DNA of 63,759 nt, filler included, from Reticulomyxa filosa (taxonomy: Eukaryota; Protista; Foraminifera), in assembly GCA_000512085.1 (NCBI GenBank). It is 15 parts of 15 records of this genome, joined end to end, with 100 filler letters (N's around TTAATTAATTAA, not from the genome) between each part and the next. Parts side by side here need not be neighbours in the genome. Positions count along the whole stretch, not along the records: positions 1 to 24,958 come from ASPP01027208.1; positions 25,059 to 26,362 come from ASPP01010066.1; 13 more parts are not named here. One strand, 5' to 3'. Under the pieces are notes generated by a model, which was given only the letters and a program-made list of their open reading frames with translations, was not told where the DNA came from and did not search any database. The first letter of the stretch is position 1; every line of letters starts with the position of its first letter. This document shows, in pieces, positions 13,101 to 25,133 of this stretch. The position numbers were made by a program, and so were the translations under genes.

Positions 13101-15792
13101 ATCATCCTTATTGCGCAACATTGCCACCAGATCTTCGTAACGCATTCGCAACAACTTTTTACCGTCGATTTGCTGGTATTCAAAATCCAATTGGTAACGC
13201 AATAATCCCAACGATGTTATCCATTCGCCCACTTGCGTGGCCGACCACTGCGATACATCCAATAATTTCATTTCCTCGCGCTTCTTTCTTTTCAATATCT
13301 CGTGCTCATCTTTGTCCTTCTTTATCTTCCCCTCTTTGCTTTTGTCCTCGTCGTTCCCACTTTTGCTTTTCATAAACTTGTTTATCATATCAATGCCAAT
13401 TTGGTCGGTTAGTCTATTTTGCAATACCTTTTGTTGCTTCGATTGCTCTTTGCGAACTGTTTCCAACTCTTTCAATTGCTTTTTCAGTCCCCTTCTTTCT
13501 TCTTTTATGCCCTTTTCGTGCTTCTTTTGCTCACTATCATTTCCATTGTCATTGTCATTATCATTGTCATTGTCATTGTCATTGTCATTGTCATTGTCGT
13601 TATCATTGTCTTTATTGCTCTCATCTTCACTCTCCATTTTCTTGTTCAACTTGTTACCAAGAAGACTATTCACTCTGCTAATCGTGTTACTCGTTTTCTT
13701 TTCCAATTGAAGCGCTTCCTGTATTTCTCCTCGCTCAATTTCCTCTCTCATCATTCGAATCTTCTCCGAATGTTGTTCCACTCTGTTGTTGCATTCAATG
13801 ACAAGACCAATGTACATAACATATACTTTATATTTATATTTTGTATATGTATACGTACATACCACACACATATGTATTTATTTATGTATTGAATAAGTAC
13901 GTGTACACGGACGTATGTATGTGTGTATGCATGTGTAGGGCAGGTCCACACAAAACAGAAAGTCAATGTCCTCGTCGTGCAGTCGGTTGGGCAATGATCT
14001 CTCGAGGACATACAGCCACGAGATATAAAAGACAAAGGAAACGATGGACACAACGAGCACGAGCAAGAGTTCGTAATTCGAGCGAAGGAACGCAACAATG
14101 GGGTTTGCGATTGTCCAGTGATGCGAGTGCGGCCAATAGAGGATATTGTTTTCCAGCAAAACGAGACCGAGCCACACGAACACGGCAATGCAAATGAAAT
14201 GGGCCATTGCCAGCAGCAGTCGTTCCATCAAATACACATTGGTGCCATGGGCGCGATGAAAAACAGAGGCAAGCAAATGGTAGTTGTTCCAATACACTTG
14301 AAGCAAAAACATCCATCTTTTCCGACACTTCAAATGTCGCGATCGCAATATATGGTGAATGGCACCTTCTTTCGTATGAGCAAATAAACGGAATCGCCAA
14401 AAGCTATTTCAATCATTTCTTTTTTTTTTGTTTTGTGAGTCGCATTATTTTTTTTTTTTAAAAAAAAAAAAAAAAAACGGGGGAAAAAAAAAAACTGAAC
14501 GAAGGAATATATGAATGTTTTCCAATAAGAGGAACATCATCAGTTGCAGATTGACGATTGCAATTGTAAAGATAACAGCATCCGCCCAAACACCACACCA
14601 CAGTGATCAATGTCGCACTAAGGATAGACACAGATCCGATATATGCGCTCCATCCTTCCCTCCACAACACCGACAGCAACTGCACAGTGTCATCCTCTTT
14701 GCCAGAGTACGTAATCCTTGGACCGATAGTGTAGTTGTGACCACTGACGATCACGGCAATCACAGCCGGCAGCTGTCCCTTCGACGTCCCGTTCCAAGAT
14801 GCATTGTTTCTCGCTTGTATCCAATTTGAACACGCACACGTCACAATCCCATCTTCGTTATCATGTGCTATTGACACGCAACTGTCGTTATTCCATTCTT
14901 TGTTTTCCTTGTTTCGTTGTATATTGACTTGATTTATTTTTCAATGATCACTCATACGTGATATATTTATACGTGATATATTTATACATATATATTATAT
15001 GCACAACATTGATGTAATAACTGTGTCATATGTAAGACAAAGTGGCAAGAATATATTCTGCTGAGTAAGGCCGGTGACGTTGTGAGAGGTAAATCCAAAC
15101 AATTGGTGGCTCATTTTGATATGGACAAGCAATGGAAGTGGAGATGACGACCAAGTGCATTGATCCAGTATTGCGTTGGACAACACATAGGTGTTGCTAT
15201 TTTGATAGTAAATCGAAAAGTACATTCGGTCATTATTACCATATATGTTAATCGATGGATCATTCGTTACAAGCGATGAATTGTCTTTCAATGCGTTACA
15301 ATACAACCATGTTTCATTGACTTTCGATCCATTCGTTCCCACGAAACTTGCTATTGGTATCTCGATCGAGTTTCCACATGTCATATAGGTTGAATTTGTC
15401 CAGTCCTCTTTCTTTTTCATTGAGTACACATTCCCAGACAATTGTGCCATGTTGCTGCTTGACATTTCCTCGTACGAACATTCTACGCTGCCTTTTTATT
15501 TTTGTGTTTGTCGAAAACATGTATATGTATACAAGATCGTCCCTTCTCCTTTCTGATCCTGCTTCTCATTGCCCAAACTGAATGAAGTATGATTCACTAC
15601 ATATTCAAACAACGTGTTGCGTGTCACTTTAAACAGCTCTTGTGTTGTATTCCATTCGTCTGTTTCCAGTCTGGAGAGTAAATTGTGTAGCTTTGTTCTT
15701 GTTGAATTGTCAAAAGAGAGCTTCACTTCTGCGCCAATTGTCAATGCTTGCAAGACTAAAAATGTCCCCAAACTAAAAATGGTTGGTACCAT
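5279..15792 (-). CDS. Putative single ~3000-aa polycystin-1-like membrane protein: signal peptide, GPS motif, 5 TM, SAM domain in a giant loop
   Basis: Most adjacent minus-strand ORFs join in frame through GT-AG introns. Two homopolymer frameshifts (~9990, ~9225) and one unresolved junction (~8030-8230) remain. Confidence 0.6.
7251..12084 (-). CDS. Low-complexity, probably disordered central exons of the giant gene (D/N, T, NGIS repeats)
   Basis: Long Ser/Thr/Asn-rich ORFs 11027-11935, 9946-11040, 9191-10204, 8560-9198, 8185-8535 and 7241-7975, linked by introns or homopolymer slips. Confidence 0.65.
10481..10645 (-). repeat. Coding 12-bp tandem repeat (AATGGTATTTCA)n encoding NGIS/NGIP, about 13 units
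   Basis: The gaaataccattt unit is directly visible as a tandem array on the + strand. Confidence 0.95.
12152..13790 (-). CDS. Coiled-coil and SAM (sterile alpha motif) exon of the giant gene
   Basis: VSQWSATQVGEWITSLGLLRYQLDFEYQQIDGKKLLRMRYEDL fits the SAM consensus. Confidence 0.85.
13957..15792 (-). CDS. N-terminal exons of the giant gene: signal peptide, GAIN/GPS-like region, TM1-TM3
   Basis: Signal peptide MVPTIFSLGTFLVLQALTIGA. Spliced GPS-like CLTYDTENKEWNNDSC...VTCAC. PKD1-like YHLLASVFHRAHGTNVYLMERLL precedes TM2. Confidence 0.75.
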
Positions 15793-16509
15793 TCTTAAAC
15801 AACAATTCAACAAAAAAAAACCTTCAAGAGTCCATTCCAGCTTCGCACGCTCAAACTGGCATATTTCCATTTAGAAAGCTGTATTTACAAATTTATTTTT
15901 GCGAGATATTGCCGTTTTGGTTTTAGATTAAAAAGTCCAACATAATTTAAATTTGGAAACATAAAACTAAAAACAGTTAACGCAAAATGGATAAATAGGC
16001 CATAGTCTATCCATGAGCATTATCAAAGTAGGATATTGCAAACTAACATAACAAGCGTGGGAAGAAATCATTACTTGTCCAAGAAACATAAAAAATAAAG
16101 CGAGTTCTCCAATTGGGTCCATAAAACCTAATCAACCGACACAGTTATATTTTACAATTCATTGGGAGGGTCATGTTTCAAAAAAAATTTTCTCACTTTG
16201 AAAGTAGGCAGTTACCAATAAGTTCAAATAAGTGTCTCTTAGTGAAATTATTGAAAAAAAAAAGGCTTTAAAAATATTCCAAAAAAGATAACCTCGCCAT
16301 ATACTACATATCCGTGAGAGCAACAAGGACAAAAACAGTCAAAGCTTGCAACAAAATAAATAAAAAAGGGAAGACAATAACGAAATTCTTGTCATTGCCA
16401 AAAAGGGAGTGGGGGGCACACACAAAGCAAAAAAAAAGCCACCCACCGCACGGTATTCAAAACTCATTAAAATTTTTTTGTTGTACAGCCGACCATAGTA
16501 ATAACTGTC

Positions 16510-17720
16510 TCACAATGGACTGTTGTCTCCGATTTGATTGGAGCCCAGTTTCTCTGCATTGTCCTCCTCCATATTTGGTTTAAGTTCATCTGAATCCTCT
16601 GAGCGCTGTTCCTTTTCATCATCACCAGACGCTTTGACGACTTTATCGCGGCCTGCCGAACCAAATTTTTTCTTCAAAAACTCCTTCATTTCGTTGTTTG
16701 TGGCGTACTTCGCAGGACTCATACCCACACTATTGTGCAACACAAAGTGGTATTAGTCTATTTTCCCCCCCTTGCTTTTTGAAAAGCATCCCTCCCTTCT
16801 CTTAGTTATGCACACACTCTCACTCTTATCGTTACCCCCTCTTTCTACGATCATTGTTTTCTTTCAACCTCTTATCTGTTCCATTTTCCCTTTGCCCACT
16901 TTTGTCGATGTAGATTCAAAATAGGTTCTTTTTTTTTTTCCCCTTTCTCCCCCTTTTCCTCCCACTCTCCACCTCCCCCTTTTTTTTTGTTCCACTTTTG
17001 CATTTCGTGCATGCACAAACGTACCCATTAGGTGTTTGCAAAAGCGTTTCTTTTATATCGTCCACTTTTTCCAGCAATGCATCGACACAACTGATGTGTC
17101 CAGCATAAATGGCACAATGCAATGGCGTGTTTTCGATTGCATTTTTAGCATTGAGATTGGCCTTCACTTTAATCAAAAACCGAACTATTGTCTCATGTCC
17201 ATGCGACGCTGCAATGTGCAACGGGGTTGAATTCAACCTTTTTTTAAAAAATTCATCCAATCAACTAAAACAATGAACACCAAAAAAAAAAAAAAAAAAA
17301 AAGGGTCGACTTCTCCCTCTCTCCCTTTTTTTTAAGAAAAAGCTTCATAGTGTCGACTTCATTTAAAAAAGTTAAACTGGCTTTTTTTTTGGCTATGTTT
17401 TAAAAAAACAACCAAAAACTAACTTGTTGCGCGCTTCAATGTTGGCTTGTTGACTGTGAAGTAGATCGACAACAGCTAAATGTCCGAATTGACAGGCAAA
17501 ATGTAGTGCGGTGTTTTTCGTTGCATAGACTCCATTAGTACCATCATCTACTTCGTTCACTAAACCTGGGTTGGCTTTCAATAAGTCACGGCACGCTGTT
17601 GTGTTCCCTGTACGTGCGTAGTGAAACAACTGCTGGGCTGGACCCAAATTCGTAGTGTTTCTTCTTCTGTTACCACTTTTTCTTCCAAACGGACTGACAT
17701 TTATAACGCAACGAGTAGCT
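16510..17720 (-). CDS. Ankyrin repeat protein, at least 3 exons; start uncertain
   Basis: NTALHFAC, STPLHIAA and NTPLHCAI ankyrin motifs. Exons join as ARNK|LNST and TPNG|VGMSP. Confidence 0.88.
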
Positions 17721-18365
17721 CTTCCAAAAAAAAAAAGGAAAAAGAATCTATATTTTTCAAAGTTTCACAAACAGGAATTTTCTTTTTTCCCCCTTTTTTT
17801 AAAAAAAAGGAAATTCATTGTTTTCTAGTACATGTAGTGTCACCGTTTTTTTCTTTTGTCAAAGAGCACTTGGAAAACGCTTTGCAAATTTTTACGTGCT
17901 TCTTTTTGGAATTATTTACAGTTTCCAAGTTAAAAAAAATTGTGGAAAGGATATCAAAATTTGAAAACTAAAACTGCACATTGTAATTAGATGGAATAAA
18001 GTAGGCGCGTGATATGATTTAATCAGCCGCGTTTGTTAGAGCAAAGGCATAAGAGTGTACTGGATCTCGTGTCGAAATTATTTGAATGCTCAGAGTGCAA
18101 GAGACATCACGTAGGAGACAAGGAAAAAAGTTAAATGAAATAAAACGAAGTAAAACGGAGATCACCCCATAAAAACAAAAAATCCATCCAACAAAAAAAA
18201 TGAAAAAAAAAATACATAAATATGACATGAAAAAAAACAAAGATAAGCGTTACTAATTCAATATTGGAGTTGAGATGCCTCCATTTCCAGCAAAATCATG
18301 GAATGAGTAAATTTAAGAAATGCCGTCCATTCTTCATAGTAAACATTTTTAAATATTTGTTCGGA

Positions 18366-19004
18366 CTTCCAATCAAAACCAATCTGTGCCAACGCAAAGC
18401 TTATCTGTGAGCACCACAAAAGCAAACAAATATAAAATTTGGAGTGTGGCGCAATGCAACATCGGGTTTGAGTTTTGAGTGCATTCACAATTCAAAATTT
18501 AAATTGTGAATTGTTTTGATGTGATTTTTTTCATTTCAAAATTAAATTGAAAACCGGAATAAATTTTTGTACACAAAAACACTGTTGCTTTTTTTTTTTG
18601 CTCGTTTTTTTTTGGTGTGAAGCTGAAATGTGATTTGGTATACATAGTTTATTGTGGCGGACCTGAAACTCCAAAAAAGCACAACAATCGAGCTGAAACA
18701 TGTTTGCTTGGGCCATCCATGTTTTGAGTAATTTGATGCTGCGCTGTATTCGGATAGCCAGATATTCTGTTATGGTATGATGGTTCTGCTCGCTTTCTTC
18801 AATTAGGTGTGACAATTCTTTGTGGCATTTGTATAACAACAACAATTGGTCACTCTTTTTTTTTGTGTCACTGCAGCTTTTTGTGACGAGTATACTGCTC
18901 CTTTTTTGACCCTCTGTGGAGATGCGTTTCTCGCTGTCAAAGCTAGTTTGCTGACGTTGTAGCAAGGGCAATTTGTGTAAACCAAAAGTTATTTCCTCAG
19001 TCAT
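18366..19004 (-). CDS. Hypothetical protein
   Basis: Open frame from MTEEITF with a probable CAG|GT donor near 18662. I recognise no domain. Confidence 0.35.
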
Positions 19005-19293
19005 GGCCCTTTGGTTTGAATAAAAATAGCAGAAACGCAAAATTAATTCAATCTTGTAAAAGACCTTTGAGGGTTCAGTACAAACAAAATTCAACATGGG
19101 TACAATAGTAACAAACATTGCAGGATGACCAAACAATTTTAAATATTTACTACTCTTGTAACTCAAGATACTATTACAACTTTCGATTTTTAAAAAGTAA
19201 TTCATTGAATTTGCCAAGTCCAAAGCGTTGATCGTAAGTTTGTTTTCCCTACACGAATTTTAGTTTTATCCCCTTGCGCCTACTTTTGAGAAT

Positions 19294-21012
19294 ATGCTTG
19301 ATTTATCGGGACATTTTCAGTCTACAGTCCCCATAGTTGTTCATCTCAACGAACGTAATGCCTCCAATACGAATAATAATAAGCTTGGAATACTAACAAA
19401 AGCGAGTGGCAAAACGTGCAGCGTTCGAGTGATATCTCCACCAAGTCAACCTTTGGAAATAATCGAAGTAGAAGAACATGACCTGACTCCGGTAAAAGCG
19501 TGACTGAATTTGACAAAACAAAAAACAGCATGTGTTTTAAAAAAGGAAAGGAATGAATGGAAGACTGTTTGACAAATGATAGCTGTTGCAAATATGTTCG
19601 AAACATGTGATTCACGGTACAGGAGTGATATCAATGAAATCCTTCAAGAAATGTGAGACACTGTTTGAGGAGTGGATATTGGCACCAGACGGGCCAAACA
19701 ACCTCAACGACAAGGACTCGATCCTGGCGTGGTGGGATTACCTGACAAACAAATTGAACCCAGACAAGCTGAAGCTTTTCATGGACCTGTACCATCACAC
19801 AGATGGTCCGATTGTTGACAAAAGACAAAAGGCTTTGCAGAAACATGGCATTGACGATTTACAACTTGCAAAGGCATTGCTAATCGATGGGTTATTTGTT
19901 CATCTTTGTTGTTGTTGCTTGCATTAAAAAAAAAAACAAGATATTGCTTTTATGTATTAAATTATGTATTCAGAACAAACACATTCGAAGACGGTACGTA
20001 TGAGATAATATGTCGAATAAACCACAGCTGTGATCCGAACGTAATGATTCAACCAAATGGGAAAGTGGCTGCACTTTGTCACATTGCTGCGCAACAAGAA
20101 ATAACATGGAATTTTTTACCAGATCCATTTTTGTACAGACACACTCGAGAACGAATGCAATTTTTACGTGAAAATTGGGGCTTGTTTGTCAATGTCCCCG
20201 TTGTCAGTGTGCCTTGGATGACTCTCTAGTCTTCCAATGTCCTCAAGTTTTTTTTTATGTGATGATATGAAAAGCAAAAAAAAAAAAAAAGTAACAGTTG
20301 ATTCGACTTTTGTTGTTTTGATTTTGTGATGGGATGGGGGGAAAAAAAAAAAAACAAGTGCAAGGAAGCTTCAATCTATGTGTTCAATGGAAAACACAAA
20401 CCCGAAAAAAGAGAACGCAAAATGAGTGCATTCGTCGCGAAACAATGCGTGCAATGTGAATACGTGATAACATCCAAAGACTTGGACGACTTGGACTTAT
20501 TGGAGGCATTGATTGTGGACAGACAAAACATACATTTAATGTTTGAGAATGACATGAAGATATTGACTGCTTTGTTAAACTGGCTCGTATTGAACAACAG
20601 CTTGATGTTCACGTTGCTGCTTCGCGTGAAAGCAGGTGAATTTGAAATGCAATGCGAAATGCATTTGGTTGAAACATTGTGGACAATTGGTCACTTGCAA
20701 CCCTGGTATTTATGGAAACTGAATAATCCGGTGCAATGGAAAATCCTTGTCTTGTGTTATGAGTGTATGACCAGCATTTATAGCAATGCATACAACATTG
20801 TTCGATTTGACATTGAATTTGCTTTGGTCGAGTTGTGGATGGCTTGCATCAACGATGGCAATAAAAGCAAAAACAAAACTCACGAAAGCAAAATGAAGCG
20901 CTGGATTACTGCAATTGCACAAACTTTGAATTGCGCTTGTTCTTTATTTGCCACGCAAACTCAAAAACAGACAATTGAAAAAGTGCAAACAATGCTCGCT
21001 CAGTCTTTGTGA
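19294..21012 (+). CDS. SET-domain (SMYD-like) lysine methyltransferase, multi-exon, with one apparent -1 frameshift
   Basis: CRINHSCDPNV and EITWNFL SET motifs. The post-SET WG(F)VCQCPRC is restored if one T is added near 20183. Confidence 0.85.
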
Positions 21013-21176
21013 CATTTTGAATTTTTTTTTCCTTTGAACAAAATTTTTTTTTTTTTTTTTTTTTGCAAACGAAATAACGGTTACAAAAATATAAATTTAA
21101 AATTAACAAAACAAATCGGGATAAATCAAATGCACTTTATATTCATTAAAAACATAAGATAAAAAAAACAAGTAAA

Positions 21177-22317
21177 TCAAAACAAAAGAGTATTGTCAAT
21201 CGGCAAACTCGGATCTCGGCTCCATTCGTTCCACGAAGCGAAATAGTTTTTTACATTGGTATAACCATAGTGGGTTAAGACGAGCCAAACGTTACTTACC
21301 CGAGTTCCCTTTAAGCAATACAAAATGACAGGTTCAGCTTTGTCTTTAAGTCCAAGTTTGTCACGCATAATTGCATCAATTTCTTCTTTGGGTTTGGGAT
21401 TTCCCTTGTCCAGAAATTCGTACCATTCGATCCACTTTGCATTGGGCAGTCTCCCTTTTCGCGGACAAAAGTCCTTTCCATATACAGAGGTTGCACTGCT
21501 CGCACCGATCCATTCGTCTTTATCTCGAACATCGACGATATGAACCTTTTTCTTATGGGGGTTCATTATTGCGTCGAATATTTCGCCGCGATTGCTCATC
21601 CACGTTTCATTAATCTGGCTGACATATTCACACGCTTTGTGTTTGCTTGTCGCGCTCTCTTCCATCCAATCACTTATACTTTGATGCGAATTTGACAAGG
21701 TTTCCAAAAATGAATTTAAACCGCCTACGCAAAAACGACATATTGTTCCCAAGTCAGCCATTTAATTTGCGCCAAAAGAATCGTTGTTGTTATTGTTTAC
21801 AACAAGGATTACATCTTAACAAGGAAAAGTAAAAATACACTATAAAAAAAACAAACAAACCTTTCAAAACGGATACGTTGGGATGTCCCATGTATTTCAA
21901 GATGAAAGAAGAACGACACGAGACTGGATACAAGCCTCGCTCTCCTTGGTCGTAAACGACTACGTGTTCGTTGCTGGCGCCGCTAATGCCAAGACTGCTT
22001 AACTTCTTCGCAAAGTACTTTTGCATTGCCAGCATCCCAGCTGGGGACGAATCTTCTTGCAAATAACTGAACATGTCGTACATGTTCACTGCATCTTTTA
22101 TGTGACTTTTCTGGTACGTTTGTGGTGGTCTTACATCCATCACGACCGTTTTTGTGCTGTGTTGCTCAGGTCGAACTTGGAGCTTTACAAAATCTTGCGG
22201 ATGGAGAAGGGAGGGCAAAGCAAGGGCTGAAGGCAAACAAGTCCCGTTATACCTGACATGTACAGTGGAAAGTGTTTGGACATTTACAACTGCTTTTCGA
22301 AGAACTGATGAAAACAT
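21177..22317 (-). CDS. Tandem-domain rhodanese / sulfurtransferase with probable mitochondrial presequence; 2 exons
   Basis: MDVRP..YQKSHIKDAV, VVVYD, VDVRD..W..G, GRLPNA, active-site YCLKGTR and YFASWNEWS. The intron joins VLK|GGL. Confidence 0.92.
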
Positions 22318-22781
22318 CTCTTTTTCTTAATTTCCTTGAAAGGAAAGGAGCGTGACCTTAACTATTCTGTACAACAAGCAAAACCCAACACAGTAATTTG
22401 CAAAAATAGAAAATATAACCACAATGCTACTTTATGAAAATTATCCATCTCTCTATAAAAGAATCGAAATTTTGAATAAATTTGTATTTTTTTGTGATTT
22501 CGTAATGTGTATACACAAGGAACATAATTACACAGCGCTAGTTTTTTATTTTGTATCGTCCAATGGCCTAAAATTGTGACATATCTCTCATGCACCGTTT
22601 ATTAGTTTCAGTTGCAACTAAGAGTTAGTTACTTGACTGTCAGACACTTTTGATTTGTTGAGAAGCGTCTAGAGTTTTGCTTTACCTTTCAGGAAAACGC
22701 CAAGTTTACAAAAAAACGGTCTAGGGACACAGGTCGTTCACATTTATTATCCAAAGAAATTAAGCGTCAATTATAGAAAGA

Positions 22782-23749
22782 ATGTCGGATTCTCAAGTAT
22801 GCAAATGTATTCGCTTTGCTCTTTGCTTTGCTTTTGTGTTAAATATTTGCGCTGAAAAAAAAGTTAAGCCGCGACCAGAAAGACTACGAAGAAGCTCTAA
22901 AACTGAAAGAGCAGGGTAACGCAGCCTTTGCAAAAGGAGATAATAGAGAAGCACTGAAATGTTATTCACGAGTTTAGAAGACAAAAAACAGAAAGACCAG
23001 CAAAAAAAAAAAAACAAAACAAACAGCGCCTTGGTTGAATGGAGAAACATAGATATTTTTGCACATCGGGATGAATCCCTGTATGAACCTTGGAGCAATG
23101 ACAGGACAACAAACAGAAACCAGGCCGAAGCACCCCCTGGTATGTGTATGAGAGTGTTGATGTCCATACCGAACAAATGGAATACTGTGAACAATAATAA
23201 ATCGAAAGGAAATAAAAAGCGATGAGTTGAGACTGGCGGCATTTAATAACATGGCTGCAGTTCATGCGAACATGAACAATTGGGAGGCATGTAAAGAAAA
23301 GTGCTCTCAGGTGTGTTTTATTTGTATGCGAACAAGGGCTTTGTTTGTGGGCACTTGATTTTTTGTTTGTTTGTTTGAATTGAATTGAATTGAATTGAAA
23401 GGTTTTGAAACACGACGCAAAAAATGTAAAAGCGTTGTTTCGTCGGGCCAAAGCTTATCGCCATTTAGGCTTGTTTGAATTGGCACTTGCCGATTTGAAC
23501 AAAGTACAGGAGTTGATAGGCAAAGACTCGACCATTGAAGAAGAGCTGAAACTACTTAAGAAAGACGAACGCAATGCAGACAAAGCCTTTTATCTTCAAA
23601 TGCAAAAGGCCATGCAAAAAAATACCGAATTGAAAAAAAAGAAAAAAAGTGAGGACGACGCCACGTCCACACAAACAAACACCACTGACAAGAATTCAAC
23701 GTCTCTTCCCACTGAAGACAATGGCGCCGAAAAATCCACGGACACTTAA
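22782..23749 (+). CDS. Three-TPR protein (TTC9/FKBP-type TPR), multi-exon
   Basis: The spliced product has ALKLKEQGNAAF, AFNNMAAVH..WE and NVKALFRRAKAY TPR motifs. Confidence 0.85.
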
Positions 23750-24958
23750 TACAACGCTGAAATTGTAATTCTTTTTTGGGACAACGCTTTTATTTCTATT
23801 TTTTTTTTTTCTCCATTCTTTCGGATTCAAAGAGTGAGTTTGGGTATCATACAATCTTCCTATACATCTTCAATGCACTGAATGACATTATGTTTTCTTT
23901 GGGTCGTTCTATGCAAAAGCTAAAAATAAATTCAACAATGTGTAAAATATATCATTGCCATCTTACGTTAATTCTGCTTCATCAGAAAACAGTATTTTTG
24001 CATTTGTGTTTCTTTTTTAAAATAACAATATTTGGTTTACTTGATCTCTGTCCTTTTTGTTATTTGGAAGACACATTGTATGGATCATTTCTGTTTACAT
24101 AGCGTATGTCAGTTTTCTAAACTTGCTTAAACATGGTCAAAATATTAGATCGAAAACATATCAGATTGTAATGTTTTCGACACATCTAAATCGTTTCTTG
24201 TCCAGTTATAAAATAACTATGAACTTTTTAGAATCTAACATAGAAAGCATTTAGACGACAGGAAAGCTAATGATAATGTTAACTGTTTTCACTGTCTGCT
24301 GTAGGGCAAGCCCTACTGTAGATGACCGAATTCTAAAGGATCTGAGGAATTCCCAGTGGGTTAAACTCCTTTACAACTTTTTTCACTTTTTTTGTTTATT
24401 CTTTATTTAACTTTTGTTTTATTGGAAACTGCTCTCAATAAAAGCAACCATCGTATTACACTTACAACTTCTGTACCTGGCCTTCCAACACTGCTATGAC
24501 AAACCTTTTTTTCTCGTAAAAAAAACTGGCCCAAAGCCTTTTTAAACGTGAAGCCGAATGTTCTTAGCTCAGTTTTGACCTCAAAGTATATCTTTATTTG
24601 ATCCAACATAAACTAGAATTCATTCAGCTTACTTGAATTGTAAAAATATGGAGAATGTAAAAACCCGGACAATCGAAATCAAGGCAACGAATTTACTCAG
24701 GCAAGGTCTCATAAGACTAAAAACTAAAAAACTTAATTATTTTATTCAAAAAGAAAAAATTAAAATAGAACACAGAATCAGGGATAAAAGTAAAAGCATA
24801 GCAAGATTCACAAAGACGTTTACTAGGACCTAAAAATCTCCGCAAATATTAATTTTTTCGAGTAAAGTTTTAAATTGTTCAACGACTGAATACTGTTAAA
24901 AAAACACTATTATCAGTATATTTTGATATGTGACCAGCATTCTCGTTCTAATGTGAAA

Positions 24959-25058
24959 NNNNNNNNNNNNNNNNNNNNNNNNNNNNNNNNNNNNNNNNNN
25001 NNTTAATTAATTAANNNNNNNNNNNNNNNNNNNNNNNNNNNNNNNNNNNNNNNNNNNN
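24959..25058. other. Artificial contig linker (N44-TTAATTAATTAA-N44); 14 copies in the window
   Basis: Identical 100-nt spacers start at 24959, 26363, 29099, 30737, 32856, 34006, 37107, 38240, 41157, 47875, 50167, 53893, 55167 and 56635. The 12-mer gives stops in all six frames. Confidence 0.98.
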
Positions 25059-25133
25059 TTTTTTTTTTCAAAAAAAGGTACAATACACACTTTACACCCA
25101 AAAAACTTGCAAAAAAAAAAAAAAAAAAAAAAG

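Noticed and set aside
8651-13892. Long + strand ORFs with SLSLSL, VVVV, IVIV or HCHC tracts
   Set aside because: These are antisense shadows of microsatellite-like coding repeats on the minus strand.
24301-24321. Small GC hairpin gtagggc-aa-gccctac as a Helitron 3' end
   Set aside because: There is no correctly spaced CTRR terminus and no second copy in the window.
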